Origin: SAR86 cluster bacterium
Lineage (GTDB): Bacteria; Pseudomonadota; Gammaproteobacteria; Magnimaribacterales; TMED112
Direction of reading: 5' to 3'
NCBI GenBank assembly: GCA_003331635.1
Contig: QOPH01000005.1
Location: 914 to 64,913 of the forward strand
Length of the DNA stretch: 64,000 nucleotides
The notes beneath the pieces were generated by a model that was not told where the DNA came from, made no database searches, and worked only from the letters and a program-made list of their open reading frames with translations. The translations under genes and the position numbers were made by a program. Shown here piece after piece: positions 10,489 through 20,307 of the stretch (its first letter is position 1; every line of letters begins with the position of its first letter).

Positions 10489-11004
10489 TTATTCTTCAGA
10501 TTTTTTAGCTAACCTGACATCAAGACCTGAAGTAACATCATCTGTGATATCTAATTCTGGTTTAGCATAAAAAAGTGATTGAGGTGTAACTACTAATTCT
10601 ATTTTCTTTGCATTTATTAATTCACTTAAAACAGCTTGGAAGTCTTGTGCTAGAGCAGCAACTACTGCTTGTGCAGCTTCTTGCTGTTTTGTCTGTAATT
10701 TATTTGCTAAAAATTGAATCTCATTTTGCTTATCTTGAATTTTCTTTTGCACATCCAGTTTTTGTTCATCAGATAGTGTTTCATTATCTTTCTGAAACTT
10801 TTCAACTAACTCTTGGCCCTCAGATTGAAGTAGCTCTAATCTCTCTTTATCCGCAACAAAATCTGAGTCTTCTTCTAATTCTTTGAATGCGTCTTTAGCG
10901 TATTGTGTATTGAGCATTGCACCTTCAGCATTTAAAACGAATGTGCCCTCGGCATTAGTTCCAAGTGAAAAGATTAAGATAAATGCAATTAATAGTTTAT
11001 TCAT
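10489..11004 (-). CDS. skp: periplasmic chaperone Skp/OmpH
   Basis: 171-aa ORF with a signal peptide and a Q/E/K-rich coiled-coil body. Conserved bamA-skp-lpxD position. Confidence 0.8.
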   Translation of the reverse strand: MNKLLIAFILIFSLGTNAEGTFVLNAEGAMLNTQYAKDAFKELEEDSDFVADKERLELLQSEGQELVEKFQKDNETLSDEQKLDVQKKIQDKQNEIQFLANKLQTKQQEAAQAVVAALAQDFQAVLSELINAKKIELVVTPQSLFYAKPELDITDDVTSGLDVRLAKKSEE

Positions 11005-11050
11005 ATAAGTTCGCTATTTTATATGACTTTTTTTGAATAATCGAGGAATT

Positions 11051-13453
11051 TTAGAACTTATTTCCTACAGTGAATTCAAACCTTTTTGTTCTGTCAAAAG
11101 GATCATTGTTGAATGGGACAGCAAAATATACACTTATTGGACCAAATGGTGTTATAGCGCTTCCTCCTAATCCATAAGAACCTCTTAACTCTTCAACACT
11201 TGGTTCAAAACACTGGTTTTGATAAGGGTAACAGTATGTAGAAAAAACATTTCCCAAATCAATAAAAAATGCAGAACGGAATTGAGATTGATCTTCAACA
11301 AATGGGACTTTAAAAATAAGATTGAGACTTGTCTCAGTAAGTACATTACCTCCAATTGGTCTATTTATGTTATATGTGCTGTACTGATTGTAGTATGGCG
11401 TATCTGGCTCTCCATCAAAATCATTATCAATTAGTGGCGGACAATAATCCTCCGCTGATACGTATTCATAACATGGCACCTGAGTTATTCTTGGACCAAG
11501 ACTATTTGTTTCGTAGCCTTTAATTGAGTATGGACCACCTGCATAGAAATTTTCAAAGTAAGGAGGAATCTCAGTATCACCATAAATCCCTGTATAGCCA
11601 AATCTTGATGAGATTTTAAAGACAAAATCTCCTCCTAGAGGTTGGTAGAACTCATTTCTATAATCAACACGATAATAGTTTAAAGTTGAACCAGGAACAG
11701 TAGTTTGAAATGATATAGAGTTTGAAGAACCTTTGGTAGGAAATATTCCCCTATTAAGAGTGACCCTTGTCCAGTAACCCTGTAATTTCAAAGTATCAAA
11801 AACAGTCCCTTCTGTTTCGACAAAATCTAAAACTTCTCTAGAGGTTAAAGATCCGCTTTGTAATTCTGTATGATCTGCTGAAATATTTAAACCTAGTCTT
11901 TGAATATCAGAAATTGGATATCCTAAATTTAATCCTAGTCCATATGACTCAGTGTTATACTCTGATAGACCAAATGATCCATAGTCAAATTCACGATAAT
12001 TTATCGAGTATCCTCTACTTACGCCATCAACTGTATAGTAAGGATTCTCATATTGAAGAAAGATATTATTGGAGTAATCACTGGTCTGCAGTCCAATGCC
12101 CACAGTATTTCCGCTCCCCAAAAAGTTGTTTTGCTGAACATTGAAGTTAAATGAAAAGCCAAACTGAGAATAACTGAAACCACCTATAATATTTCCATAT
12201 TGTTGCTCTTCAACATCAAATACCACATCAACTTTGTCTTCTTCCCCAGGAACTGGAACTGTTTCAACGCTAACAGTTTTAAAATAACCTGTTCTTTCTA
12301 AAAAAAGCTTAGATTGCTCAATTAATTGATTTGAAGCAGGTGCTCCTTCAAACTGTCTCATTTCTCTTCTCAAAACTTCGTCAGTTGTAAAATCATTGCC
12401 TCGGAATATCACCCTTCTTGTGTAATTTTTTCTGCCAGGATTAAATACAAAGGTAATATCTGTGATTTTGTCTTCTGAGCTTGTAGTAGGCACACCATCT
12501 ATTTCAGCAAATGTATAACCTTCATTACCAAGAATGTTTGCAAAAAATTCCTCATAGCTTGTGATTATTGATTCTGAGTATGTAGATCCCTCAGGAATAT
12601 TTATTAATTTTTCAAAAAATTCTCTCTCAAGCGGTAACTCACCTGAAATATTTACTTCGCCAACTTTATATTGTTCACCTTCTGCGAGAATTAAAGTGAT
12701 GTAAAGCTCTTCCAAATCGCTACTTATTGATACCTGCGATGAATCAATGCTGAATTGAAGGAATCCTCTATCTTTATAATAAGCTTCAAGATTTTCCAAA
12801 TCTGTTCTTAATTTTTCTCTGGTGTATTTATTGTCTCCAGTAAAAACAGATATAATATTTCCCTCTGAAAGTTCAAAAATATCTTTTAAATCATCGTCTG
12901 TAAACTCCTGATTACCAATTATTTCTATAGAAGTTATAGTTGTAGGCGTACCTTCATCTACATCTATGTCTACATCAACTCGGTTTCGAGGTCTCTCTAC
13001 TTGATTTACTTCTACAGAAGCTCCATATCTTCCTTGTTGTGAGTACTGTGCTTGCAATCCTTTTATTATCAAATCAAGAGTAACTCTCTTTAAAACCGAA
13101 CCTTCAGATACGCCTTCAGATGCAAGAGCAGCCAATAAATCTTCAGTCTTAATAGCAGAATTTCCCTCTATTTCGATACCCGATATCGTTGGTCTTTCTT
13201 GAACTTTAATAAAAATAATCTTTCCCTCTACAGAAATTTGTACGTCGTCGAATTGACCGGTATCAAAGAGTGTCTTTATAACTCTTTTATAATCTGTTTC
13301 ATCGACCTTATCTCCAATAGTTACAGGAATAGTATCCAATACACTCCCTAAAGAGACTCTTTGAAGCCCAACTAATCTGATATCCTCGACAACTATTGGA
13401 GCTCCAAAACAAAAGCTGGATAAGAAAAGAATTAAAAATCTCAGTTTATTCAA
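11051..13453 (-). CDS. bamA: outer membrane protein assembly factor BamA
   Basis: 800-aa ORF with a signal peptide, POTRA-type N-terminal half, and a C-terminal beta-barrel ending in aromatic F (TVGNKF). Confidence 0.93.
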   Translation of the reverse strand: MNKLRFLILFLSSFCFGAPIVVEDIRLVGLQRVSLGSVLDTIPVTIGDKVDETDYKRVIKTLFDTGQFDDVQISVEGKIIFIKVQERPTISGIEIEGNSAIKTEDLLAALASEGVSEGSVLKRVTLDLIIKGLQAQYSQQGRYGASVEVNQVERPRNRVDVDIDVDEGTPTTITSIEIIGNQEFTDDDLKDIFELSEGNIISVFTGDNKYTREKLRTDLENLEAYYKDRGFLQFSIDSSQVSISSDLEELYITLILAEGEQYKVGEVNISGELPLEREFFEKLINIPEGSTYSESIITSYEEFFANILGNEGYTFAEIDGVPTTSSEDKITDITFVFNPGRKNYTRRVIFRGNDFTTDEVLRREMRQFEGAPASNQLIEQSKLFLERTGYFKTVSVETVPVPGEEDKVDVVFDVEEQQYGNIIGGFSYSQFGFSFNFNVQQNNFLGSGNTVGIGLQTSDYSNNIFLQYENPYYTVDGVSRGYSINYREFDYGSFGLSEYNTESYGLGLNLGYPISDIQRLGLNISADHTELQSGSLTSREVLDFVETEGTVFDTLKLQGYWTRVTLNRGIFPTKGSSNSISFQTTVPGSTLNYYRVDYRNEFYQPLGGDFVFKISSRFGYTGIYGDTEIPPYFENFYAGGPYSIKGYETNSLGPRITQVPCYEYVSAEDYCPPLIDNDFDGEPDTPYYNQYSTYNINRPIGGNVLTETSLNLIFKVPFVEDQSQFRSAFFIDLGNVFSTYCYPYQNQCFEPSVEELRGSYGLGGSAITPFGPISVYFAVPFNNDPFDRTKRFEFTVGNKF

Positions 13454-14730
13454 AATATTCTCATTAAATCGTTGTAAACAACAAATATAAACAAAGCAAG
13501 GATGAACATATAGCTTAGATTGAAAAGAGCAACTTTTAGTTTCATATTTATTGTTATACCTATTACTTCCTCAAATAAGATAAACAAAAATTGACCACCG
13601 TCAAGCATTGGAAGTGGCAAGAGATTAAATGCGCCAAGACTTATACTTAAAATAGCTGTTAAAAGCAGGAAAGGTATTAAACCAGAATTTAAAGAATCGC
13701 CGGCAACTTTAGCAATTCCAACTGGCCCACTTAAATTTTCTACACCCAAATTGCCAGTGATCATTTTTGCAAGAAACTTAAAGGTATTTACTATCCAAAA
13801 TAAAGTTTGATCCCATCCATATCTTAAAGAATCTATAAAATTATTACTTTCAGGACTTAAAGCTATGCCATAGTATTCTTCTTGCCCAATACTTGGTAGA
13901 GAAAGAAACAAAATTTCTCCATCTCTTTCTATTTGTAATGATTTTTGCTTTTTATTTTGTAAAAGATTGTTAAGTTGTGATAAAGAAAGCACTTCGATAT
14001 TATTTAAAACGTTAATTTTATCGCCGTCTTTTAAACCATATTCTTCAGCGATACTTCCTTGTGCTATTGATCCAATTATTGGAGAGTAATCATTAAAAGC
14101 TTCTATTGAAAAATGTGCTGATGGAGCCTGTTCATCAGAAAATGCTAAGTCCTTGACCTCCTCTTGAAAAGTTTTATAAGAGCCACTTGAATAGTCATAA
14201 ACGTTAAATACTACATTCCCCGTAAAACCAGACAAGTTTAGAAGACTTATTTCAAAATCTTGTACATTTTTAATGGGCCTTTCATTTACTGAAATAACTT
14301 TAAAATATTGTTCACCATCTATCTTATTAAATTTTGCAGTTAATACATCTGGTTGTTTAGGTATAAAAAGTGCAACAAACGAAAAAATTACAAATGAAAG
14401 TATGAAATTAAATATTGGGCCAGCCAATGTAACTAACATTTTTTCTGGTGCTGGACGATTTGCCAAAACATATTTTTTTTCTGATTCTGATAGTTTTTTG
14501 TAATTCTCTACGTCATGAGGGTCATGAAATGCAACATACCCACCAAAAGGAATTGAAGAAAGCGAAAAGCGAACATTATCTTTGTTTTTCCAGGTAAAAA
14601 TATCAGGACCAAAGCCGATACTAAATTTTAAAATTTTAATTTTAAAGAATCTCGCTACTGAATAATGGCCATACTCATGGAATGTTACCAGTATTAAGAA
14701 GAGAATTATTGCCCCAAAAATTGTTGTCAT
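13450..14730 (-). CDS. rseP: RIP zinc metalloprotease RseP
   Basis: 426-aa ORF with an HEYGH zinc motif in the first TM segment, a central PDZ-like region and an LPMLDGG motif. Confidence 0.9.
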   Translation of the reverse strand: MTTIFGAIILFLILVTFHEYGHYSVARFFKIKILKFSIGFGPDIFTWKNKDNVRFSLSSIPFGGYVAFHDPHDVENYKKLSESEKKYVLANRPAPEKMLVTLAGPIFNFILSFVIFSFVALFIPKQPDVLTAKFNKIDGEQYFKVISVNERPIKNVQDFEISLLNLSGFTGNVVFNVYDYSSGSYKTFQEEVKDLAFSDEQAPSAHFSIEAFNDYSPIIGSIAQGSIAEEYGLKDGDKINVLNNIEVLSLSQLNNLLQNKKQKSLQIERDGEILFLSLPSIGQEEYYGIALSPESNNFIDSLRYGWDQTLFWIVNTFKFLAKMITGNLGVENLSGPVGIAKVAGDSLNSGLIPFLLLTAILSISLGAFNLLPLPMLDGGQFLFILFEEVIGITINMKLKVALFNLSYMFILALFIFVVYNDLMRIF

Positions 14731-14732
14731 GA

Positions 14733-15869
14733 TTAATTTAATTTCTCAAGTATTTCCTTATGTGTCGACCTTAGGTCCTCTAATGTATCTAATTCTTTTT
14801 TTTCAAAATTAAAATAGTTGTTATAAATAAATTCATAGATTTCTCCAAATTTAATTTGATCTTTTAAAAATTTATTTACCGCTATTTGATTCAGTGTTGC
14901 AAAAATGAGTCCTCTGTTGCCTCCAAAATCCATAATCTCCCTAGTTATTTTTAATAATTCTTTTCTATCTTCAGGAAAGAACTTTAATTGTAAATTGATT
15001 TCGTTCTCAAACATATTTAACGAAAATTTATTTCTTACTTCATCTGATCTACTACCCAGCAGTCCATACGAAAGTGGAATAATCATGCTTGGCTTTGATA
15101 ATTGGGCCTCAACAGAGCCATCGTTTAATTCAATCAATGAATGAATAATGCTTTGGGGTTGAATTAATATATCTAATTTTTCTGGATCTAAATCAAAAAG
15201 AAATTTTGCCTCAATTAGTTCAAAGCATTTATTTGTAAGAGTAGCAGAGTCAATTGTAATCTTATCGCCCATCTTCCATGTTGGATGCTTCAGAGCATCA
15301 ACTGCTTTTTTATTTTTTATTTGTTCTAGATTTTGTCCAAAAAAAGGTCCGCCTGAAGCTGTTATAAAGATCTTTTTTATATCATTTTTATTTAAATTCC
15401 TAAGAGATGAAAAAAGTGAAAAATGTTCTGAATCAATTGGAATCAATTCTGTTCCAGATGAAAAAACTGTATCCATTATAAATTTACCAAAAACAACTAA
15501 TGATTCTTTATTTGCTAGTAAAAGTTTTTTTCCTGATTTTGCTGCCGCAATTGTTAGTTCAAGAGCCTCATAAGAACTTACAGCTGATAAGAAAATATCA
15601 CTTGGGCTCTTCTCTATTCTCTCAGTAACACTTTCAATACAATCAAGAATCTCGACATTAAGTCCGAGATTTTTAAATTCTTTTTTGGCTTCCTCACAAG
15701 AGAAATAAATAGATTTTGGATTAAATTCCCTTACAACACTTTCCGCAAGATTAAGATTTTTATCACAAACAAAAATATCAAATTCAAATTGGTTTTTATA
15801 AGATTTAAGGATATCTAAGGCTTGAGTGCCTAAATTCCCTGTAAAACCAAAAATTGAAATTTTCTTCAT
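14733..15869 (-). CDS. dxr: 1-deoxy-D-xylulose 5-phosphate reductoisomerase
   Basis: 378-aa ORF with NADPH loop GFTGNLGTQAL plus LANKESLV and HPTWKMG motifs. Confidence 0.93.
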   Translation of the reverse strand: MKKISIFGFTGNLGTQALDILKSYKNQFEFDIFVCDKNLNLAESVVREFNPKSIYFSCEEAKKEFKNLGLNVEILDCIESVTERIEKSPSDIFLSAVSSYEALELTIAAAKSGKKLLLANKESLVVFGKFIMDTVFSSGTELIPIDSEHFSLFSSLRNLNKNDIKKIFITASGGPFFGQNLEQIKNKKAVDALKHPTWKMGDKITIDSATLTNKCFELIEAKFLFDLDPEKLDILIQPQSIIHSLIELNDGSVEAQLSKPSMIIPLSYGLLGSRSDEVRNKFSLNMFENEINLQLKFFPEDRKELLKITREIMDFGGNRGLIFATLNQIAVNKFLKDQIKFGEIYEFIYNNYFNFEKKELDTLEDLRSTHKEILEKLN

Positions 15870-16534
15870 TTGCCAAACCTTCTTTGCCTTGTTTTAAAAT
15901 CATCAAGAACAGCATTAAAGTCTTCGGCATTGAAATCAGGCCATAATTTATCAGAAAAGAAAAGCTCAGAATATCCAATGTTAGGTAACAAAAAATTACT
16001 CACTCTTTTTTCTCCTCCTGTTCTAATAAAAATTTCTACTTCCTCACCTTTAAGTTCAGTAAATTTTAAAAAGTTTTTAGCATTAATAGTTTCACCCTTT
16101 TTAGATATTTTTTTTAATGCATTTACAATATCCCATACACCTCCATAATTTAGAGCAATCACAAGAGTAAAATCAGAGAAATTTTTTGTAGATCTTACAC
16201 ACCTATCAACCTCTTTTTTTGCTTTTTTCGGTATTGAATCAAGGTCTCCAATAAACTCCATACGAACTTCATTTTTAATAATTTCATCTAACTTCACCTC
16301 AGTACCAAAGCTTATTAAGTTCATCAGTGAGTTAACTTCAAATTTTTCTCTAGACCAGTTTTCTGATGAAAATGCGTAAACAATTAGTTTTTTTACATTC
16401 TTTTTTTTGGCTTCTTTTGTTATTTCTACAAGAGTTTCAACACCTTTGCGATGCCCCAATGAGAATGGTAAATTATTCTGCCTAGCCCATCTTCTGTTAC
16501 CATCCATTACGATAGCTACGGTTTTTACTGACAC
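15866..16534 (-). CDS. uppS: undecaprenyl diphosphate synthase
   Basis: 222-aa ORF with VAIVMDGNRRWA and ENWSR motifs. Confidence 0.93.
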   Translation of the reverse strand: MSVKTVAIVMDGNRRWARQNNLPFSLGHRKGVETLVEITKEAKKKNVKKLIVYAFSSENWSREKFEVNSLMNLISFGTEVKLDEIIKNEVRMEFIGDLDSIPKKAKKEVDRCVRSTKNFSDFTLVIALNYGGVWDIVNALKKISKKGETINAKNFLKFTELKGEEVEIFIRTGGEKRVSNFLLPNIGYSELFFSDKLWPDFNAEDFNAVLDDFKTRQRRFGK

Positions 16535-16536
16535 AA

Positions 16537-17100
16537 CTAAATTGTAAGGAGATCTTTTTCTTTTGACTCCAATGACTGATCGACTAAGTTAATATATTTT
16601 TCAGTTATTTCTTGAATATCTTTCTCTGAATCAGATATATCATCCTCAGTTAACTCTCCTCCTTTTTCTAAATTCTTCATCGAGGTCATTGCATCTCTTC
16701 TAATGTTTCTTATAGCTACTCTTCCGTTTTCCGCTTCTCCTTTTGCTTTCTTAATTAAATCTTTTCTTGATTCTTCTGTAAGTGGTGGCATGATAATTCT
16801 TATTACCTCACCCGCAACAGTTGGATTTATACCTAGATCAGACTTTTGTATTGCTCTATCAATTTCTTGAACAAGCCCCTTATCCCATGGTGTTAAAGAA
16901 AGAGTTTTTGAATCCTCAACTGTAATTGAACAGCATTGATTTAACGGTGTGTCTACTCCATAGTAATCCACCATAATGCCATCCAACATATTTGGATTAG
17001 CTCTTCCAGTTCTGATTTTTTGTATGGATTCTTTGAAATTCTTTAGGGATGAAGCCATACGTGCCTCACAGTCATTTAAAATGTTTTCGTATTTATCCAT
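16537..17100 (-). CDS. frr: ribosome recycling factor
   Basis: 187-aa ORF. pyrH-frr order and RRF-like sequence ([12 protein letters not shown]). Confidence 0.95.
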   Translation of the reverse strand: MDKYENILNDCEARMASSLKNFKESIQKIRTGRANPNMLDGIMVDYYGVDTPLNQCCSITVEDSKTLSLTPWDKGLVQEIDRAIQKSDLGINPTVAGEVIRIIMPPLTEESRKDLIKKAKGEAENGRVAIRNIRRDAMTSMKNLEKGGELTEDDISDSEKDIQEITEKYINLVDQSLESKEKDLLTI

Positions 17101-17812
17101 TGCTAATTAATGTACCTAATTTCTTTCCATTTACTATATCAAGTAAACCGCCTTCTTTCTTAAAGTTAAATACCTTAATTTTTAAATTGTTTACTCTAGC
17201 TAAAGTTAATGCTGTTGTATCCATAACTTTTAATTTTTTATCTATTGCGTCGTCAAAAGTTAAAGAAGGGTAAAACTCTGCATCTTTATTTAAATTTGGA
17301 TCGTCAGAATATACTCCATCAACTTTTGTCGCTTTTAACATTAAGTCTGCTCCAATTTCAATACCCCTAAGACAAGCAGCAGTATCAGTTGTGAAAAAGG
17401 GATTTCCAGTTCCGGCAGTAAAAATAACAACAAAACCAGCTTCAAGAAGTTGAGTTGCTATCCTCCTATCGAAATGTTCAACTATTCCAGGCATAGGAAT
17501 AGCAGACATAACTCTAGTTTTTATTCCATCTCTCTCTAAGGCGTCTCTTAAAGCAATGCCATTCATAACTGTTGCCAACATCCCCATGTGATCTCCAGCA
17601 ACTCTATCCATTCCATCCTGATTAAGCTTTTCACCTCTGAAAAGGTTTCCTCCGCCTATCACAAGTCCAACGCATACTCCCTTGTCAACAATGCTTTTTA
17701 TTTCTTTAGACATAAAATGAAGAACCTTTGGATCAATTCCTTGATCCTCATCTCCCGCTACTGCTTCACCGCTATATTTAAGAAGTATTCTTTGATATGT
17801 TTGGGAGCTCAC
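17093..17812 (-). CDS. pyrH: UMP kinase
   Basis: 239-aa ORF with LLKYSGEA and GGGNLFRG motifs. Confidence 0.95.
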   Translation of the reverse strand: MSSQTYQRILLKYSGEAVAGDEDQGIDPKVLHFMSKEIKSIVDKGVCVGLVIGGGNLFRGEKLNQDGMDRVAGDHMGMLATVMNGIALRDALERDGIKTRVMSAIPMPGIVEHFDRRIATQLLEAGFVVIFTAGTGNPFFTTDTAACLRGIEIGADLMLKATKVDGVYSDDPNLNKDAEFYPSLTFDDAIDKKLKVMDTTALTLARVNNLKIKVFNFKKEGGLLDIVNGKKLGTLISNG

Positions 17813-18597
17813 TCACCAACCTTTTTTCTGAGAAAACCTAAAATTTTGTTGTCACGGAGAAGATCTTTTATTTTTGAATCAGGGTTTTTAATAAAAGCCT
17901 GCTCTGTGAGAGAATTTTCATCTTTAAACTTTTTGAGCTTGCCCATCACAATTTTTTCTTTAATCTCATCAGGCTTTTTTTCATTTTCTGTTGTGGCTAA
18001 AGCAATTTCTTTTTCTTTATCTAAGATTTGTTGATCTATCTCATCAGGATAAATAGCTAGAGGAGCATTTGCTGAAACTTGCATAGCAATATCTTTTCCA
18101 AGTTCGTCATCATTTTTTTCAAGATGTACTAAAGAAGCAAGCTTATTATCAGAGTGAACATACATGTAAACAGAATCATTTTCTGAAGTGATTTTTTCAA
18201 AATAGGAAATTTTTATGTTTTCTCCAATTTTTTGAATGATTTCCAAGGTTTTATCATTAAACTTTTTTTGTAAATCATCTAAATCATTCAGCTTATTACT
18301 TTTACAAAACTCTGTTAAATCTGTAAGAAATTTTTTGAATTCTTGATCATTTGCCGCAAAATCTGTTTCAGTATTTACTTCGATTAAGAAATAATTATTT
18401 GAGCTGCCTCCAGCAACTATAGCTCCCTCATTGGTTGCTCTGGTAGATTTTTTTTCGGCTTTAATAATGCTTTTTTTTCTGAGTATCTCTATTGCTTTCT
18501 CTATATCACCATTAGCCTCACTTAAGGCATCTTTACAGTCCATCATTGAAATGCCTGTTCTATCTCTAAGTTCTTTGACTTGTTGAGCAGTTATCAT
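17809..18597 (-). CDS. tsf: elongation factor Ts
   Basis: 262-aa ORF with UBA-like N-terminus [19 protein letters not shown]. Follows rpsB. Confidence 0.93.
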   Translation of the reverse strand: MITAQQVKELRDRTGISMMDCKDALSEANGDIEKAIEILRKKSIIKAEKKSTRATNEGAIVAGGSSNNYFLIEVNTETDFAANDQEFKKFLTDLTEFCKSNKLNDLDDLQKKFNDKTLEIIQKIGENIKISYFEKITSENDSVYMYVHSDNKLASLVHLEKNDDELGKDIAMQVSANAPLAIYPDEIDQQILDKEKEIALATTENEKKPDEIKEKIVMGKLKKFKDENSLTEQAFIKNPDSKIKDLLRDNKILGFLRKKVGE

Positions 18598-19586
18598 TAT
18601 TTTTTCTTGGCTGCTGTTTTTTTAGGAGCTGCTTTGGCTGCAGGTTTTTTAGGAGCTGCTGTGGCTGCTGTTTTTTTAGGAGCTGCTTTGGCTGCTGTTT
18701 TTTTAGGAGCTGCTTTGGTTGCAGCTTTTGAAACTTTTTCAACTGCCTCCTCTGATTCAACAGTAGTTGGTTTTAATATATCTTCTTGCTGAGATTTACT
18801 ATCTGCTTTAGCTGGAACTTTTTGAGTTGTAGAATTTAGAGAAAATACTTTTGGTCCTCCTTCACCTTCCAGTTTCTGGACAAGTCCTTGCTTTCTAGCT
18901 GATTCTTGGCCCTCTTTAACTGCTTGAGCTAAATAATTTAGAACAAACTTAATAGTTTTTGAAGAATCATCATTTATAGGAATAAAATTTGTTAAATTAT
19001 TTGGATTGCTGTTAGTGTCAACTAACCCATACACAGGAATTCCCATTTTTAAGGCCTCTTGAACGGCAATTTTTTCATTCTCAACATCAATTACAAAAAG
19101 AGCATCCGGCAAACCTTTCATGTCTTTTACTCCATCGAAATTTAAAAGAAGCTTCTTCATTTCCTTTTCAAGTTGGACTGCCTCTTTTTTAATCATCCCT
19201 TCTAATTGTCCAGAAGCTTTATTTTCTTCGTACTCTAGAAGTTTATTGATGGGAACTCTAATGGTTTTCCAGTTTGTAAGCATTCCACCGAGCCATCTAT
19301 GTGATATATAAGGCATTTCTGTTTCTATGCCGAAAGACTCTACATAAGTATTTGCAGCTCTTTTTGTGCCGACAATCATTATTTTATTTCCTACTGCTGA
19401 CAAATTTTTGAATATATCGTAAAACTCTAGTAACTTTTCCTGTGTTTTAAAAAGATTAATAATGTGAATATTATTTTTTTCACAAAAGATAAATTCTTCC
19501 ATGTTTGGATTCCAAAATCTTTTTCTATGGCCAAAATGTGCGCCAAGTTCAAAAAGCTTTTCAACTGTTAAACTATTTTTTTCCAT
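18597..19586 (-). CDS. rpsB: 30S ribosomal protein S2 with about 90-100 aa C-terminal low-complexity extension
   Basis: 329-aa ORF. N-terminal 230 aa are canonical S2 (GAHFGHRKRFWNP). The tail ends in AAPKKTAAK-type repeats. Confidence 0.95.
   Translation of the reverse strand: MEKNSLTVEKLFELGAHFGHRKRFWNPNMEEFIFCEKNNIHIINLFKTQEKLLEFYDIFKNLSAVGNKIMIVGTKRAANTYVESFGIETEMPYISHRWLGGMLTNWKTIRVPINKLLEYEENKASGQLEGMIKKEAVQLEKEMKKLLLNFDGVKDMKGLPDALFVIDVENEKIAVQEALKMGIPVYGLVDTNSNPNNLTNFIPINDDSSKTIKFVLNYLAQAVKEGQESARKQGLVQKLEGEGGPKVFSLNSTTQKVPAKADSKSQQEDILKPTTVESEEAVEKVSKAATKAAPKKTAAKAAPKKTAATAAPKKPAAKAAPKKTAAKKK
18606..18713 (-). repeat. in-frame 27-nt tandem repeat x4 encoding AAPKKTAAK units (S2 tail)
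   Basis: Plus strand reads ggctgctgtttttttaggagctgcttt-like units four times. Encodes AAPKKTAAK, AAPKKTAAT, AAPKKPAAK, AAPKKTAAK. Confidence 0.9.
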
Positions 19587-20307
19587 TTAATTCCTCAACA
19601 AAGGTCTGCATATGATAAAGTTTTTTAGGCTTTTGGTAAAACCATTTTGCAATTTTAAGTGCACCTTCTGCAAAAACCTTTCTGTTGTTAATTGAATGTT
19701 TAATTTCAATTGTTTCATCATTGAAGATAAATTTAATTTTATGAATACTTTTATTTGATGTGCTTCTTGTAACCTTAATTTTATTTTTTGGGATTCCAAC
19801 TTGATTTGCCAAAAATATCGCTGTCCCAGAGGGCCTATCAATTTTTGATTTGTGATGAGTCTCAGATATGGAAATATATTCTGTACTTGATGTTTTAATG
19901 TCTCTTAAAAGAGCTGCAAGAATAAAAATATTTTTTGATGTATTAGGTGCAATAAAAATTGGCATTAATTTTGATAAAGCATGCAGTTGTCTTTCACTCT
20001 TTTTATCAATTCCTGTTGAGCAAAAAATTACAGGCTTTTTATATTCTTTAAAAAATTTAATTTTACTGTTTATTTGTTTTGAATTAGAAAAATCTATTAT
20101 TAAGTCAGTGTTTTCAGAGGGATCTTTTTTAAATATCAGCCCATTTTTTTTATTGAAATGAAATTTTCCTGAGTCTTTTCCTAAGTTTTTTGATTTGCTG
20201 TGAACCAAAGCGTCTATTACATAGATATCCTTAAATTTTTTTGATTCCTGTAAAATTGCTTTGCCCATTTTTCCAGATGAGCCAAGTAAAGAAATATTAA
20301 TCATCAA
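19573..20307 (-). CDS. dapB: 4-hydroxy-tetrahydrodipicolinate reductase
   Basis: 244-aa ORF with NAD(P) loop [10 protein letters not shown] and catalytic [15 protein letters not shown] motif. dnaJ-dapB order as in Pseudomonas. Confidence 0.85.
   Translation of the reverse strand: MMINISLLGSSGKMGKAILQESKKFKDIYVIDALVHSKSKNLGKDSGKFHFNKKNGLIFKKDPSENTDLIIDFSNSKQINSKIKFFKEYKKPVIFCSTGIDKKSERQLHALSKLMPIFIAPNTSKNIFILAALLRDIKTSSTEYISISETHHKSKIDRPSGTAIFLANQVGIPKNKIKVTRSTSNKSIHKIKFIFNDETIEIKHSINNRKVFAEGALKIAKWFYQKPKKLYHMQTFVEELNGKK

Noticed and set aside
17588-18034. 148-aa plus-strand ORF spanning the pyrH/tsf junction
   Set aside because: It is antisense to two well-supported genes, with hydrophobic low-complexity sequence and no independent evidence.
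18566-18792. ORFs in alternative frames across the S2 repeat (64 aa minus strand QQPKQLLKK-type; 70 aa plus strand LGAALAA-type)
   Set aside because: Tandem in-frame repeats lacking stop-prone triplets are open in several frames. These are frame shadows of the rpsB tail. The rpsB frame is continuous with the conserved S2 core.
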